From Octopus sinensis (Eukaryota): 64,000 bases of DNA. The stretch's first letter is position 1. Every line of letters begins with the position of its first letter. Location of the stretch: assembly GCF_006345805.1 (NCBI RefSeq), contig NW_021833443.1, positions 1 through 64,000 of the forward strand. The letters run 5' to 3'. The translations under genes and the position numbers were made by a program. Positions 61,626-64,000 of this stretch are shown here, piece after piece. The notes under the pieces were generated by a model. The model was not told the origin of the DNA. It made no database searches and saw only the letters and a list, made by a program, of their open reading frames with translations.

Positions 61626-62255
61626 GGATCTTTTCCTTTTGAACGGCAGACAATTTCTAGTTAACTAAACACTTTAAAACTTCGTATACTGGTAGAATGT
61701 GTTTATAAAACATCTTTTTCTCTTGGCTTTCTTGAGAAAATTGTAATTTGTTTGTTTAACATAGTTTAATTTTTCGAATTTTAACCAATCCTATGCTCTC
61801 TTTTGAGCTAAAATCATTTGCTGCATCTAAAACTGAGACAACATCCTGTAACTAACCCTAAACCTCCCCCTAACCCTAACCCTAACTTTTTTTTTCTTAA
61901 TTGTTAAATTAATTTAATTGTTACGCATGTAAAAAGCAATGGAATTAAATTAATTTAACAATTAAGAAAAAAAAATTAGGGTTAGGGTTAGGGGTGAGGT
62001 TTAGGGTTAGTTACAGGATGTTGTCTCAGTTTTAGATGCAGCAAATGATTTTAGTTCAATGGAGGTAATCGATTGGTTAAAATTGCAGAAATGCTCGGAT
62101 TTTCAGACGAAATATCTTACAAACTATAGAATTTTCTCAATAAAACCAAGAGAAAAATGATGTTATATAAACACATTCTACCAGTATACGAAGTTTAAAA
62201 GTGTTTAGTTAACTAGAAATTGTGTTGACATCTGCCATTCAAAAGGAAAGGATCC
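61626..62255. mobile_element. Foldback/MITE-like element with ~300-bp arms containing (CCCTAA)n and (TTAGGG)n
   Basis: ggatcttttccttttgaacggcaga...ctagttaactaaacactttaaaacttcgtatactggtagaatgtgttta is mirrored on the right; telomere-type repeats at about 61852-61886 and 61976-62011. Confidence 0.85.
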
Positions 62256-63087
62256 TGTGTGTTCTACACACAGGAATTCATACAATTATGTAAAAATCAT
62301 AAAAAGAAAGAGAAAAATTTGTGTGATTTAAGGGGTGTTTGGCTGTTATTTTTAACACATCTGACGACCACCTCAAACCGTCCGCGCTTGTTTGTCATTC
62401 TGACGAATTGATGTTTATCAATATCTTTCTCCCTAAAATCCCATTTAATGGTCGGTTGTTAGGAGTCAGGCGAAAAATTCGGACTGTCCGTATATTTAAA
62501 CTGTGATTTAAAAAAAAATTTAATTTTTTTATACACATATAGGCGCCGGAGTGGCTGTGTGGTAAGTAGCTTGCTAACCAACCACATGGTTCCGGGTTCA
62601 GTCCCACTGTGTGGCATCTTGGGCAAGTGTCTTCTGCTATAGCCTCGGGCCGACCAGAGCCTTGTGAGTGGATTTGGTAGACGGAAACTGAAAGAAGCCT
62701 GTCGTATATATGTATATATATATGTGTGTGTGTGTGAGTGTGTGGGTTTGTGTGTCTGTGTTTGTCCCCCTAGCATTGCTTGACAACCGATGCTGGTGTG
62801 TTTACGTCCCCGTCACTTAGCGGTTCGGCAAAAGAGACCGATAGAATGAGTACTGGGCTTACAAAAAAAGAATAAGTCCCGGGGATCGATTTGCTTGACT
62901 AAAGGCGGTGCTCCAGCATGGCCACAGTCAAATGATTGAAACAAGTAAAAGAGTAAACTTAGCGGTTCGGCAAAAGAGACCGATAGAATAAGTACTGGGC
63001 TTACAAAAAGGGAATAAGTCCCGGGGTCGGTTTGCTCGACTAAAGGCTGTGCTCCAGTATGGCCGCAGTCAAATGACTGAAACGAGT

Positions 63088-63138
<51 letters not shown>

Positions 63139-63939
63139 CGAATTCTCATGCGCAAAGATTTTGTGAAAATTCCAGAAAATTAAAAAGTTATGAGGAGTTA
63201 TATGGGATGCTTAACCCATGAAGAGCTGCTATTTGCGCTCAGATAGCATGGACTACTGAGCACATTTTATGAAAATGAGACTTCCTTGCACACATAGAAA
63301 ACGAAAAATAGTTAAACTGTCGGCGATCTTTCGTCTCTAGTAGACCTTTCCGTCGATTTCCGTATAATGGTGGCAAGTTTTACACCATCTGAAAAGTCAT
63401 GAGTTGAACTATCTTTTGACAGACATTTCAACAAACGCCGATAAATTAAATGCATCTATCTGGAGGACGTTCGTGGCCTGTCGACCTGCGCCTGACGGCC
63501 ACGATCGTGACCCGTCGCGCTTTCTGCGTTAAACTAGAAATCCGCTCAAAGTTTCGTATGGCCGCGTGATTGGGAAGAAATGTTTACTTTGTCAAAAGCA
63601 GACGTGTTTTCCCACGAAGAAAAGTGTAAGCCTTGCTTTTTTTGTATTTCAACTCATAATACAAACAGGTAGACGGATGTAAATGTCATTGACATTTAAC
63701 TATTGCACTCTTCGTCCATTAAACTTATATGACATAATTCAAAGGACTTATTTTTCTGATCTCCACGCATTCATATTCGATACGTAGTCCTAGTTTTCGT
63801 CTATTCACGAAAGTTTTTGTCGAGATATTCACGAAAGGGAAAGCTTTATATTACTCAAACGAAGGAAAAAACCCGCTAATGCAGGGATCGTCGGACAGGA
63901 GGTAAATTACCCGAAATGGGGTAAAAATGAAACTCTTAC

Positions 63940-64000
63940 CAGCTCTCCGCCTTCCTCACAAACAATATACTACAGAGACTCGGGCGTGGCTGTCTGTCAA
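63940..64000 (-). other. Possible non-coding first exon of SLC38A10 (continues beyond the window)
   Basis: CTG/gtaaga donor at 63939 in a CpG-richer stretch. An in-frame stop lies upstream, so it would be 5'UTR. There is no transcript evidence. Confidence 0.3.

Noticed and set aside
61852-62011. Relic telomere fusion
   Set aside because: The orientation is CCCTAA then TTAGGG, the tracts are short, and they sit inside the arms of a dispersed palindromic element.

Overview
Eukaryotic, repeat-rich genomic DNA, most likely from an octopus (inferred from the tRNA-derived SINE families, Dong/R4-, HERO- and Tx1-like LINE remnants and TTAGGG repeats; not confirmed by a database search). One protein-coding gene spans most of the window on the minus strand: an SLC38A10 orthologue (amino-acid transporter, Aa_trans family). 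I reconstructed 16 coding exons by hand (40286 down to 4030). All introns are GT-AG with compatible phases, giving 2862 nt = 953 aa + stop. The C-terminal tail carries a 334-codon exon with about 20 tandem (A)AQNVAQQQQ repeats. The rest is intronic or flanking: four SINE families, LINE fragments (CR1, Tx1-like, Dong/R4-like, HERO-like), mariner/Tc1 and Helitron remnants, several long palindromes, a 4.7-kb 102-bp dimeric satellite, a 3.5-kb 121-bp satellite derived from a SINE core, and many micro/minisatellites. Most interesting leads: two Penelope-type minimal hammerhead ribozyme motifs, a candidate 9-nt microexon, opposite SINE orientation biases that both keep splice-donor-like motifs off the pre-mRNA, head-plus-multimer SINEs with a recurrent junction, and long hairpins next to exons. 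There is no CRISPR array and no prokaryotic system. Repeat boundaries are approximate unless a TSD or TIR is quoted.
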